A stretch of DNA of 35,859 bases. Origin: Catajapyx aquilonaris. Its lineage: Eukaryota. This document shows, in pieces, positions 1 to 13,206 of the stretch. The notes below the pieces were generated by a model. That model did no database searches. It saw nothing but the letters and a program-made list of their open reading frames with translations, and was not told where the DNA came from. Each line of letters opens with the position of its first letter. Position 1 is the first letter of the stretch. The stretch covers positions 124,001 to 159,859 of the forward strand of contig KZ538009.1 in the NCBI GenBank assembly GCA_000934665.2, given 5' to 3'. A program made the translations under genes and the position numbers.

Positions 1-2095
1 GGTTGAAGCGCATTAATCCGTCTGCTGGAGGGCACCATGCCAAATGCACTGCAATAATTATTATGACTTCTTTAAGTACTGCATTAAAATATATCGGTTT
101 TCGTTGCGGTTGGTCTCGCTGCATTTTGTTGTACGTGGCTGTAAGCGGCATATCACTCGATTCCAATTCCGGATCTGTGTCGGACATGTATTGAAAACTT
201 AAACGATCAAAAGGGAGTGCAAACATTATTTTACGGCATATTCACGCATCCGCTTAATGGATTGGTAAAAAAACGCGATTTTTTTATAACGTGGTAGGAA
301 ACCGAAGAGAGAAAAAACATATGCGCTTGTTTTAAATGGTTGCCAAGCTCGTTTTAAAATTAGTGCATATAACTATATACCTTGCGTTGCTTACACCACG
401 TAAAAAAACAAAGCTAAGAATTCAGCGAATCTCCACAGTAATCATACATGTCCTTTAAAACGTATCATAGCTCGAATTCTGATATAATTTTTATGGCCTT
501 GGAATTACCACAAAGTTGACCTAATTTAAGTGAATCGCCAATCACCCTGCACAGTACATGTTCATGTGTTTACTTTTCCACTCGTGTTATAGTGTAGTGG
601 AGAAGTTTCCTCCGGGTTTATCTTACAGCCTTCCTTTTACGCATGGTAGAATGTTCAAACATCTAGACTTTGCAAAGACAACAGTGTTAGACTTGCAGGT
701 CCTCAGCATCACTACGTACAGTACGTGTACTAAGAAAACTAAATATTTATTATTCCGAAATGTTCCGCTGTATATTCGGCATGCTTCGTAATATTTTAGT
801 TCACCGAATCATCATAACTTTATATGGCCCACATCAGTCTGAAGGAATGCGCTGAATCGCTATATTATTTTTAAAACCCCCACGACAAACAGATTTAATA
901 TTTCCAACGGTGCAACACTAGCTATAGGGGCCAACCCAGCAGGCTTAATAATTTATCCTCCATGCAAACATTTGTCAGCGTTTTCCGAGGCCGGCCCCAT
1001 ATCATTTCAGTCATTTACTACCCCGAACCTGCCCCGAAAACATTAACGGAATTATGCTACCATATAAAATCCATAACTTTGGAAATGTGCGCCCAGATGT
1101 TTCAACCACAGAATTCACCTTGTAATGGCCCGCCGCCATTAGAAACTTTCAGCAGAATTCGGGCCGCCCAACCCTCCCCCGTATTATCCGGAGGTCGGGG
1201 AGGGCATAATATCGCCCCTCCGGCCACATATTTCGCCCCCGCAAGAAAAGGCTGTATGATGGCCGTGTCAAACAGCACATTACCCCAGCCACACTACAAC
1301 TCTCAAAAGCTCACCAAAATGAAATCACCACGTGAAATACGGGCCTAATCACTTTCTCCGGGGCCGCTTCTCATCTTTTACTATCCCCGGTGGTGATTTG
1401 CCCCCTCCATTTTTCTCTCCGTGGTCAGGGGAGTTGAAGGGAGAACCTCCCTCCGGATGCTGTCCAGGGATATCCAAGCTTCTCGTCCATGTTGACTCAG
1501 GCCCCGGGTATTGACATGGGGGCCTCTCCACCGGATGTTAGTCTTCGGCTCCAGTAATGATGGCCAACCAAATGGGTCCAGGGGGCAGTTCCCCGCTTTT
1601 CCCCCCTAAGGGTGGGTGGTACATTTTTTTTAGAAGACCACAGGACACGTCAGGAACCTGTAATATCAAGTGGGGGAGAAGCCCCCGCGAGAGTCAACCA
1701 CCCGCAAACGACCCCTTCAGATGCGATGCTATGGACTGACACAAGCCCAGGACGCAGTGCTCCGCGCCACGGAACATGCCAAGCCTCATGGGCTATTCAG
1801 TTACAAACCTGAAATCTCCCTAACCTGATAGCCATCAAAGGAAACGAGTCCTGTAACTCGAGTTGGAGAAAAAAAAAAAAAACACTTTCCTTTCAGACCA
1901 TTTCTGCATGTTGGTCAGGTTATAGCCAATTAAAAAAGTAACGGTTCTTCGTTCTTGAAAGTAACTGTTACGCTTGGCTCAGAGGGTGAAACGTTGCCAT
2001 ATCACATTTCCAATATGGCAAGTCTTTCATATCCGGAGACCGAATGTGGCAGGGGTAGGGGCACGCTGTACCAACCTACCTCATGACCTAAATTT

Positions 2096-2179
2096 CCTTC
2101 CAGGCGGATACACACCTATCCTTCAGCGGATACACACCTATCTTTCAGCGAATACACTTTCAGCGGATACAAGCCTATA
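2096..2179. repeat. Short tandem repeat, ~22-bp unit (TTCAGCGGATACACACCTATC), about 4 degenerate copies
   Basis: Units read directly: ttccaggcggatacacacctatc / cttcagcggatacacacctatc / tttcagcgaatacac / tttcagcggatacaagcctata. Confidence 0.85.
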
Positions 2180-2330
2180 GGAAAGCAGGTAAAAGTGAGG
2201 GGTCTTCCGATATGAAAGCGTAGCCTCCAAGATAATCTACTCTTGCCATGTTGTAGCTGGCCCCACACGATAGCGCAGATGTCCGTCTGCCAGTGTACAC
2301 TATATTGCGGAAATGCATTTGGTGGGCTAC

Positions 2331-2337
2331 GAGAGAG

Positions 2338-2400
<63 letters not shown>
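2331..2400. repeat. (GA)n microsatellite
   Basis: About 70 bp of near-perfect GA repeat. It explains the spurious SLSLSL and RERERE ORFs. Confidence 0.98.
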
Positions 2401-2402
<2 letters not shown>

Positions 2403-3466
2403 AAAATGTAACGGCCTTACACAGATGACACAAAAGAGTTCCCTAGGGAGTCTTTCATGACTCCTAGAAATAAGCCCCAGATAGCCACGAATCTGCCCTT
2501 CGTCAGGCAACCGGGAAGAAATATGAAGTTATTTCAAAGGTCGTTGCCGGGATAGCCCCATTTTCTCCGGAGAATTTTTACAACCATCGGGGTCCTCTCC
2601 TCGGCACCAAAAATCCGGGCCAGGGCGCAGACTCAGATAAAAAAAAGGAGGGGGACAGAAAGAGAGCCGCCGCCCTTTTGCTCTAAATCTCCACCCAGCC
2701 AGAAGGATATAATTATAAATCTCTGACACGTCTTCTTGGACTTTTGACTTGTAACCGTATCCGCCGCAACTTCGGGCTTTCCACGGACTTGTTATAAAAA
2801 TTGGCAGAGAACCAGTTTCACCAACCTTTCCTAACCGTCACTTAAGCCGTACTTTATTGAAAATGCGACCAAGATTTCTAGATGTCGATTTTATTAAAAA
2901 TTCATCACATAGGCTCATTGACAATGTTTTTGTCGAATTGTTTATTTTTCTATCACTAACAACTTACAGTAGCTGGGCCGGTTAGTTCGTATAACCAAAC
3001 GATTAGCCGCTTTACTTTAATCGGCGGTTATATTTTATCTGACAGTTAAGTTAGTAGAACTCTACATTTTGCACTCGATTGACAAGTAAAAGTGGGGAAC
3101 GTCTGTCTTACTGAGTCAGCTTTTCCCACTCTCGCTCGAATAGGAAGCAGATATTCGGGCGATGCGAACATTGATTAGGTTTCCGAGCATTGCTGATTTC
3201 AATATTTCGTCAGGTCTTTCCTGATCCCGGTCCTAATCTGATTAAATCGCACTTCATTCCGGACCCTTTCTCTTTTTTTTATTCCGCGAATAAAAAATAA
3301 GGATCGATCCTGTAGGGTCGACGAACCGATTTTGCAATATATGAGTTGGGTCAAGAGCGTTTTCATACCTGACTATAGTAGGCTACATTTTGCGTAATTG
3401 CTTGATAAACATATTATTTACATTGCAGGGAGGGTGGACACTGAGTTATTGTTCTAAATTTTTGCA

Positions 3467-3626
3467 AATATTTAATCAAATAGGCTACACTAAAAATTAC
3501 TTCAAGCATTGATTTCATTTGTACACAAAAATCTCTTCGAAACCTGTCGATGTTATTTCGAGTGATTTTTTGTGTACCAATTGAATCAATTATTTGAAGT
3601 AATTTTTAGCGCATTTGATAAATATT
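3467..3626. repeat. Imperfect AT-rich fold-back (inverted repeat), possible decayed MITE
   Basis: ctaaaaattacttcaa...gtacacaaaaatc pairs with gattttttgtgtac...ttgaagtaatttttag. The outer arms aatatttaatcaaat / atttgataaatatt also pair. Confidence 0.75.
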
Positions 3627-6600
3627 CTTTTTTAAATGTACAAAAAATTAAACGAAAGCACTCAAATTGAGCTGAAAACTATTCACAGAACAATTTAGTA
3701 AATGCTGACATATAGTGAGTCAATAATTCCATCCAAGATCATGTCATTTTGACATGGCTCCCACCGACATGCCTCAATATGCAAATACTCCGGAGGTCTT
3801 GAATGACTTCCGCATACCCGGAATCCCATCTCGGTTCCGGAGACATCCGAACTATTGATCAGCAGGAATGGAATTTTTTTATGCCCATCGATAATGCATA
3901 CATTTTTTCAGCTGTCGATTACCAACAAGCCCTATACAAAGAAATAGAGAGATGTTGTCCAAGGACAACACATTTCACGTTTCGATTTTTTCACTTCTTT
4001 TCGTTTCAACGCAGCAGCTTTTTGGCCCAATTTTCGGCATGAAAGGTGAAAAAAAAGAAGGGGGCTCAGCTGCCCAGGCACCGGAGAAAATTTTCATCCG
4101 GATTATTTCCTGAGATGATCAATGACTTCCAGAAGCGTCCGTGCCTCCCCCCCCTAATCTGGACCTTATTCAAAGATTTGAGCACAAAACCGCGTGGCGA
4201 CCACTACAAAAGGCCACTGGACATTAGGAACCACCCCATCCCCTTACCACCCACCCCCCCAGGAATAATCTTGTGAGATTTACGACCCACTGCATTTGAC
4301 CGAATAGTGCTGAGTGCTAGGGGGGAGGTCACCCCCTGGCTTTTTTGGGGGGGACCAAATCAATACTTATTTGCGCTATTTATGAACCCACGATAAAACA
4401 TCTGGCATGCATAAATTCCAGCATGGAAAGGCTTCCGTCACACGATTCCGCCATTTCGACAACGCTGTCAGCACTTTTTTGGGGGGAGGCAGAAAAATTC
4501 TGGCCGTGCTCATGGTTAATCCGCTAAAAATAATTCGATAATTAAAAAACAAGTTATGTGAGCAATTTCTTAGAACCTTCTCCATCTTTCCCAGATTTGT
4601 TGGTTAATATAACATTTTTTTTTTTACCAAAGTGAGCCACTATGTATTGACATGTTCAGTTTCTTGGGTATCCCTTAATAAAACCCACAATTTTCACCCT
4701 TGCTTTGGTCCTATTTTTTAACCCCCCTCTTCCCCTCCCCGATAATCCTCTGTGGATGCAATTTTCCACCCCAGTAGAGCTGCATGGGTCGTACACATCA
4801 CGCTTATTATGCCCATAATGTACCGGCGCTGGGACTCTGAATGGAAAATCTATTGTCGGGATTAGATCGATGGCTGACTTCAATTCCGGCGGGTTATACA
4901 GCGCAGGTGGCGGACACCCAAGTGCACAAAATGATACGTCACTGCGGGGATATCCATATAACCATGTGTTATTCTGTACCGCACATTGTTGTTGGCTTGT
5001 ACCACGGCTTGTACTAAGGATGAATCAAATCGAGGGTGAAATGCCTTAGTTGCCTCAGTGCATTTCATATACACATATATGACCTCTTTTGTAGTAATTT
5101 AACACCGGGAATAATGAATATATAGAATTCAACCAGGACAGAGCAAATACACAAAATGCATTACAGTGCAGTTGGCTGCTGACTGAATTGCAGGGCACAA
5201 TTGGCCATTTTGTGGCGGTTTGAACAACAAGTTTGGAAATTGGAAAGGTGGAAAAAAATCCATATATAATTGCGGAGGCGGGCATGTTGGGCATATAATT
5301 AACATGTGGGGTACCAATACAGTCCATGCCATCGTATCAACTCAACCGTTCTCAAATGAGTGGTCCCCACCTTTCCTCTCTAATTTTTTTGTATGTGTGG
5401 GTGTGATTCAACTGGCGGTTTGACACGCAGCTGTCGAAATACACACATTCACACACTGTTAAATCAACCCCTCACTTCTGCCTGCTAATGTTTGGGAGGT
5501 TATGCATGATGGGATAAAAAATAATCTGGGGTTTGCAAAAAATTGTTCAAAAAGAGAGTGGAGAGCCCTATAGAGGCCTATTGGGCTTGAATGAAGCGAA
5601 GAATCCTTTTGAAACAGGTCTGTCACATTTTCCAGTTGAGTCTTCAGAGCACTTGAAAAAAATTACCAGTAATTGTTCTAGCATCCAAACTGTCCAATAC
5701 TTTCATCAGTACTGAACCTTCATTGCTATAGTCAACAGAAATATACCGGTAAGCCGAAACTACTAAGCAATCGCCGGTCCAATTTTTAAAAATATTAATC
5801 AATTTAAATGGTCTTGAAATTAATGCTTCCACCTACATTGTTACTGGCTTCAACCACTAGTGTTCAATACACATTATTCATCATTAATGTAAATATTTTC
5901 CAACATGATCAAAGATATATGTTAAGGTCTGCTTTGACAACCAGCAATTCCCCATGTGTAGATACCACGTTTGATTCCGGTCTTGTATCTCGAGTAATAA
6001 CAGTGCTGACTATATAACAAAGTCGGGCTCTTTTGTCAGGCCCGACCTAAAAGGCATAATGAAGCTAATCTTAGGCGACATTACAGGGAAAGACGTTTCG
6101 TCGTATAAAAAGTAACCCCCCTTCCTCCTTTACTTCCGAGTTCATTGCTAGTCAAGAATTTTGCCCGCAACTTCACGATAGTGGATTTATGCATAATTCA
6201 AAAGAAAGTTAGGTCAAATTATTATAAGATATAGGCAGATATTCGACCCGCCCGGAGAAAGCCTCCGAACCAAAAAAAAGAGAGGAAAAAACCTAATCGT
6301 CGAGTAAATCACGTTAAAAAGATCCTTTCCTTTCCCCGTGCAATAGTATATATAAGGACTTTGGAAGCAGATGGTTAAGTCATCCTGAGGGCGAATTTCC
6401 AAGTCTCCAACACAGGATGAATAAATAAAAAGGTGGGCCCAAAGTCAGAGGACGAGAAGTTGAGAGTAGGGGGGGTGAGGTTGATGATCAAAGAAAAAGG
6501 AGACCATTGGAGCGTGTTAAAGAAGCCTGGGTGCGATCGTTTGCTCAAGCCATCGTTTTCTTCCGAATTATTCAATCCCAATTTGGAAGGCATGCAAAGC

Positions 6601-8275
6601 AGGTTCTCCTTTTCTCTTTTTTATTCCACCCTCTTCCTTCTTTCCTTTGTGCACAGCATTTCTAGGAGGGGCTATACCTCTTTTGTGCCTCCACCAGATT
6701 GGCTCTCGAATATACTGCTGATTCGAGTGTTTCTAACCAGTCAGCCAAAATCGCTCGTTATAATACCAAAACCTTAATAAACCATGTGTGTCAATCACAT
6801 TTGATGTAAAGGCCCGTGTCCGCAGTCATAATTTTTGCTTTTTGGGATAATATCCGCCTGAAATCTGATCTGTAGTAGCCTAATACACAATAGTAGCTGC
6901 TCATAATAAATCATAGATGGACTGCATACACAACGTAATTCTGTAAAGGTTTTGTAAGTGCAATGTACTCGGAAGGTGGGCAATCCATTACTCTACTATA
7001 AAGAATTGATTTTTATAGCCCCCCCCCCCTCCTCTTCCATTATTAAATTACTCTCGAGTAACTGGCGCTTCACAGCGGGTGTCAAAAAACTTACGGAAAA
7101 ACAAACTCGGAGCTAGTTATAGCCAAAAAAAACGCGGTGCATTAACGTTACATCGATATTCATTCTGATAAAAAAAGGAGGCCATGCGCTCCCCCAAAAA
7201 ACTATACGGTTCCATATAAACGCTCGAGGCCCATTCGGAAATTATGTCTCTGCATTGGGATAAATAAATAAAAAGCAATCCACTAAAGAGCACCTTTACA
7301 CAACTTCTCTGATCAACTTCCTCGGGCATAGCGTGCTTCCCCACAAAAAAAATATATATTGTAGGACACATAAAAAAAAGCTTACCCGCCCCATATGGTA
7401 CCAAAGTCATCCTACCTTTTTTTTTTCTTGCAGGATCTGCGCCCCCAATATTTGGGAATCCTAAACTCGTTAATCAGGCCATTTCGTGTGACTATATATT
7501 CCCAACTGACAAGTGCATGACTTCCAACCGTTTTCTTTTCGTCTTCCAAGAAGGCTAGGAGGACACCAGTAAAAAAAAGGGAGGGCGAAACCAGACCGTT
7601 TAGTGTAAATATGTCTGGAAGCCAATTACTTTTCCTACTCGTACACGTCAGGAAATTATGTACCTAGCTAGAAATGATAATATTACAGAGCAAATATTTC
7701 GTTGCCTGGGTGTGATCGATATGTTAGGGAGGGCACTTCCCATACTATATATGCCGTCGAACCGGCTGTCAACTGTTGCCCAGTGTCAACAAGGCATTGT
7801 GATCGTTTAGTGTGTTTAATTAACTTTAATGCTACTTGAGTTCATTCCCATGAATTAACCCGCACTGATGCGCGGTTATTAACGGGAGTGCCTTTAAAGT
7901 CCTGCTTCTTGAACCCATCAAGCAAAATGGCGCAGGATTAATGTGCACTTGAGCCAACTGCTTAACAGGGTTGCCGAATCGCCTTTGTCTTACTTTGCTG
8001 TGTGTCAATGGAGTGTTGCAATTAATGAGCGACTCTAATGATGTTTTGGTCCTAATTTAAGCTCGGCTGGTGGTGAGCATTAAATGGCATCCTTGGACCC
8101 TCGTGTCGGTGTACAGTATACATTGTTTCCACTATCGAGTGTAGCACACCCGAAAGTCAACAATGAGCAGCATGTTATTGCTCATTTTGCCAAATTAAAC
8201 TGTTCTGTTATCCTAGTTTGTTAAGTAATGAGGTCGCCCACTTGAAGTCTCATCATGCGAAGTGGATGTTGAACA

Positions 8276-8276
<1 letters not shown>

Positions 8277-8341
<65 letters not shown>
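8277..8341. repeat. (TA)n microsatellite
   Basis: About 65 bp of perfect TA repeat. Confidence 0.98.
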
Positions 8342-8343
<2 letters not shown>

Positions 8344-11300
8344 GGCGATATGGAACTGGCATCATTGTAAAGCGACTCAAACAATAAATCATTTGGATCC
8401 GGGCACTCAATTATAATGGCACTGACTAATTACAATAAATTCATTATAAAGCGCGCCTTTAGCGTAAATAAATTAAATTGAACCGCATGCGTGGCTGTCA
8501 ATGCAATCAGGGCCGTTTATGGCTGTCCAAATCTGTGTACATACACATACAGGGTGATACATTACCGACACATACTCCAATTTTTCGCCATAAAATGCAG
8601 CTACTTTTTTACGTCTAAACTCTAAATTAATATAATATTTTCTGCTTGTTATAAATCACTGTCTGTCAGACATGATCCTTTCTTGTTGGGCCGCCCCTAT
8701 AGCAACCTTGACCTACATGCAACATCTAAACTCGTATCCCAACCATATCCGACCGCCTCAAACTGATTATCACCATCCAAAAGCGACGGCAAAGGATCAT
8801 AATTTGCATAATCCATATTCAGAAACCCGTATGTTTCTGTCGGCCCCCTAAAATCTCGAGTCTTAATCGGCGGAAAGTTTCATCGTCGACCCTAACTAAT
8901 CACTCGCCTCCGTTTCGTGCTCAATCCCCAAATATTGAACTTTGTTGCTGGACTTAATTGCGATCTGGAGACTTTACTTTTCTGCCCTTAAGCTACACAT
9001 GAAACTATTGATCTGCAAGACTGTGCTGCACAGCCGCGAGGTTTTCCACATGTAAACGCGACACTATGCAAAATTTTGTGCATGACCTTTCGACTTATAA
9101 AGAGGTCATAACATCAATTCAGCATATTTTGCATATCTGACAGTGACTTCTATGAATTTCCAAAATGATCGGATTTATTCAAACGGGAATTCTGATACTT
9201 CTCCTGAAGCTTCCCATGGATTACATTAGTCGCACATCTAACGAAATATAAGTGTATAGCTTAGGTTAGAATGGAAGGTACGAGAGAAAGAGAGAGAGAT
9301 CCTTAACGATTTCGCCATCGATCCGGGACTGGCTCGCCGGATCTTCCGGACCTTTGAACTCTGGATTTTCGCGTGAGATGAAGCGCAATGATTGCACGCT
9401 CTCGCACTTTCTCTTCCTTTACCTCAAATGTCACGCTCACCTTCGCCCTCGACCCTCTTTTCCTCCACTTTACTGCTCTTTCCCCCCCACTTCACATTTT
9501 CCTCCCCTACACCACCCCCCAACTTTTGCCCGCACCTTGCTCCAATCAGTTCACAAAGTCATCGAGATTCCAGAATTCCATGCATTTTTTTCTCTCTGCC
9601 CCCATGGTTTTTTAAAGAGGTCTGAACGCTCCAAAAAAAACTTTTATTAAAGGGTAGTTAGTAGGCCAAGCTGTACTTGAAGCGTTTCAGTTTTGCCGCG
9701 TGGTTGTATATGATTCAAAGCAGGAACACGAGCTGTAATTTTGTGTTTAAAAAAAGTATTACCATGGCTTATATGCTTAAACCAAACTCCTAACGGAGTT
9801 GGTTTACTGAAGCGGCAAACTATCGGGTTTCAAACTGCGGTACAGCAGCACGCTTGTTCGAAAATGCGCGTGAATAACTGCCAGCTGCTGTCAATTCACG
9901 CACGCACATTAGTACGATACACACTGGGATAAATTTAGTGGCCAAATACATGTGATGTATAGCTTTAATTTCAGATTCCTGAAACTTATCAGTTGGAACA
10001 TGAAGACACCACTAATGCACATTAATGATGAACGTTATTAAAATACAGCCCATGCGTTTTATTTCGAGCTTGAAAAGAAATGTAGGGCAGGTACTAGCTT
10101 CCGGTTATGTTAGTATGAACGAGAAAGTACACAGCAGCAAAGTGTAAAGAGTCTTTCCTTTCGGTTTAGTGAACGCACTGTAAGCTGAATTATTTGCGAC
10201 GGATTACAGCATAAAAAATTTTAAACGCACTGGGTCCACACCCAATTTTCCGTCACAGTCGGCCCTAGTGGTTATGGTCGCAGGTGATCAAACATTACTT
10301 ACTTTGCATACTATAAATACTGCATGCAGCTTAATCACTTCTCAAGGCCTGTCGCCTCAGTGTCACACAGAATTCTGCATATGAATGGCACTTCTTTCAT
10401 TAATTTGAGACACACGAACATGTCAAAAAACACGGCTGTTAACACTAAGCTGAAACTCCGGAGAAATGTTTCTGCAGAAATTTTGACACCGGCTTCCAAA
10501 AAAAGATTTAAAAAATGAATGACGTCTGCTTTTACAGCACATTAGCATTTTCTGTTCCTTTTTGGGATTAAAAAAACAGAGTTCTCCACACACAAAAAAA
10601 TGCGGCTGGAATGAAGTGCACTAACGCCTGTTGTCGAGTGTGCGGATTTGGGTGACGCATAATGCACCCTGAGGATGCACCAGCGACGCAAAGCTCCCAG
10701 AAAAAATATATATATTATACCAACGTACTGTATGCAAATTACTTTGCGCCACGGAGCAAAGCAGTAATGGAGCTAGTAACACTGGAGTGGTCATCTTCTG
10801 GCGCTCCCCAATTATCTCCAGGGGGGTGAAACTCCCACAAAAGCTGAGCCAACATTGGCACCATCATAATCTGCCAATAATTCCAGAGCTGCTCCCGGGA
10901 GATCCAATGAAATCCCGGCTGTGTCCTCTAGATCCCAGACCCGCACTCACACCCTGCGGATAACTCTGCTTAATAATACAAAAGCACACACAGATTAAAC
11001 TGCGATTTTAGCTGCGTTGCAAAACCGTGTCTTTCTACACCAGTTCTCCAAAATATTATTTGTAACAATGCGGGCTGTGTATCACTAATTACAAAGAATA
11101 TCGATCAGGCCAGGATATTGATTGGTTTTACCGAGTGTAATCTCATATATATGCCAATTTTCCGATACGACCGCATTTTTACAGAAATTAATATTTGATA
11201 ATCAGTCCCTGGCGTTTAGGAGGTCAATGGACTTGCTGGTAGTTACATGAACACACTTGTTTTTAGCAAAGGAGTGGTATTACACGCAATAGTAGCCTAT

Positions 11301-12999
11301 AGTAACAAGTCACTCTAATAATAATAATAATCGTACACGAAGCTGATTTTTTCGAGGCATACACAGGTGCACCCAATAATCGCGAAATGAACCTGTTGAT
11401 CGCAACCCAGTCCCGGCCGCAAATAGGTGACCAGGAAAATATTGCAATTGTCGTCCCAGCCGTCACATTGTAACGAATCGATTTCGAGCCAAGATAACCG
11501 AATTAATCGAGTCGAGAGAACTGGGGTGGGGACTGACAATTTTTTTTTTTTTTGTCCCCAAAAAATTCGTTCCCTCCAGCTCGTGTATACTGGTTGTGAT
11601 AAATACATGGCACAAAAAAACTGGGGCGGGATCAAGCGGACCGTTTAACCGGATAAAAATTACACCTCTCTTGCAAGTTTCGACGAGAGAGGGTGGTGTG
11701 TGCGGAGGGTGCAATCCCCGCAAAAATTCATCAGACCGAAAAGATCTGTCAGAGCAGAAATGGGCAGCTGTGGTCAAACGTACTGGAAAGTTCGGCCATA
11801 TGTCACCATTTCCGGGGGATCAGAATTTCCATTAGAGCCATGGAGGACAGGGTGGTGCAATACATTTTTTAGGTCGATTCTGTGTATATGCTACTTTGGA
11901 TTATTCTTCGACAATTTTTTTATATAAATATAACCAGCTACAGTGTGCACCAGAAAAGAACGTTTGTGACAAGACCTGTCCCAACACAGGCCCAGGGTTG
12001 ACTTTTGGTCCGCCCTGCTTTTGTGGACCCAATTTGATCGCGGTTCTTGGCCGCAATTCATCTGTGCAAAGAGAGGCCCTCGTTGGTGAGATTGCGCCGC
12101 CAGCCTGCCCTTCCTCTAATTAATCTCTGCGAGCAAGGTGGAAGGGGAGGCTTTCCTCATTACTTCCACCCCACCCTACTCTCCCCCATCACAAACCCAA
12201 ACCCCCGAATTATGCTCACTCCACGGGTTGCCTTTACGGGCCTTAATGTGCTCTAATCCCCCTGGAGCCTTTTCCACCATATTTTTTAAACGAAAAAAAT
12301 ACCTGGTTTCAAATTCCAACCCTTATACGTCCCCTCCCAACCCCAAATATTGAACATCAATATCGATCCCGGATGTCAATCAGAAAGTAACGCATCTGAT
12401 CCCTTTAAGACCAGAATTTTGTGACACGAACATGGGAATCGGTTCATAGATCACGCGCCTACCAACCCCCTTTTAAAAAAATCTAGCAGTGATTTATTTA
12501 TCCGGCACACGCCAAGAGGTGTCCTTGAACAGTCAAATGAGTCGAGCTCTAGGGAAATTGCTCCGTGTCAATAAGTGTTTCGGTAAGAAAAAAAATATAT
12601 ATCAAAGAAAACACAGGGCAACTTCGAATATAAAAATAAATAATAGTCGCATAAAATAGGAAGTGATCAAGCATCTGAAACATCAAACGGAGCAATTTTC
12701 TCTTCTTTTGGAAAATCGACTCCCAAAAATAGTTCCGGGTCACGTTAACCAGTCGCATGCAAACCCGACAGAAACCTACCCCNCCCCCCCCCAAAAAAAA
12801 AATGAAAAGCGAAGGACAATATTTCCCCCCTCCCCCAGCACCATTCGTGACTCTCAGTATACCGATAAAAAATTAATTCCCAGCAAGATAAACCGTTTAT
12901 AATTATCAATTTGCTTGCCTTCCCCTATAGGTTCTCTCTAAAAAAAATGCTTAGTCAGAAATATCAGATAGTCCATAACATAACAGCTTATGAACTTTT

Positions 13000-13206
13000 A
13001 GAAACATACTGTCAATTGGGGTGAGATTGTGCCAGCGCATTTTTTTTGGACAAGAGTGCGGCCTCTTAACTATGAATTCTATACTCATCATTTCCAACCT
13101 TGACCATCCCTCAAGAAACATGCCTAAATTAGCTAGTTTACGCCTGATGCCACTGTTGTCCAAAAATCCGCTGGCACAATCTCACCCCAATTGATCAGAT
13201 GTTTCT
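13000..13206. mobile_element. MITE-like element with ~55-70 bp terminal inverted repeats
   Basis: Left arm agaaacatactgtcaattggggtgagattgtgccagcg...ttggacaa is the reverse complement of right arm ttgtccaaaaatccgctggcacaatctcaccccaattgatcagatgtttct. No coding capacity. Confidence 0.75.

Noticed and set aside
2096..2179. CRISPR-like array
   Set aside because: The units are directly adjacent without unique spacers, the context is eukaryotic, and there are no cas genes.
2116..2510. ORFs with SLSLSL or RERERE tracts
   Set aside because: They are translations of the GA microsatellite.
936..2977. Possible CCCAGC...GCTGGG-ended DNA transposon
   Set aside because: Only 6 bp of inverted match, with no TSD and no consistent subterminal structure.
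9065..9135. Pre-miRNA-like nested hairpin
   Set aside because: Two short stems separated by a large asymmetric bulge, and no miRNA that I recognise.
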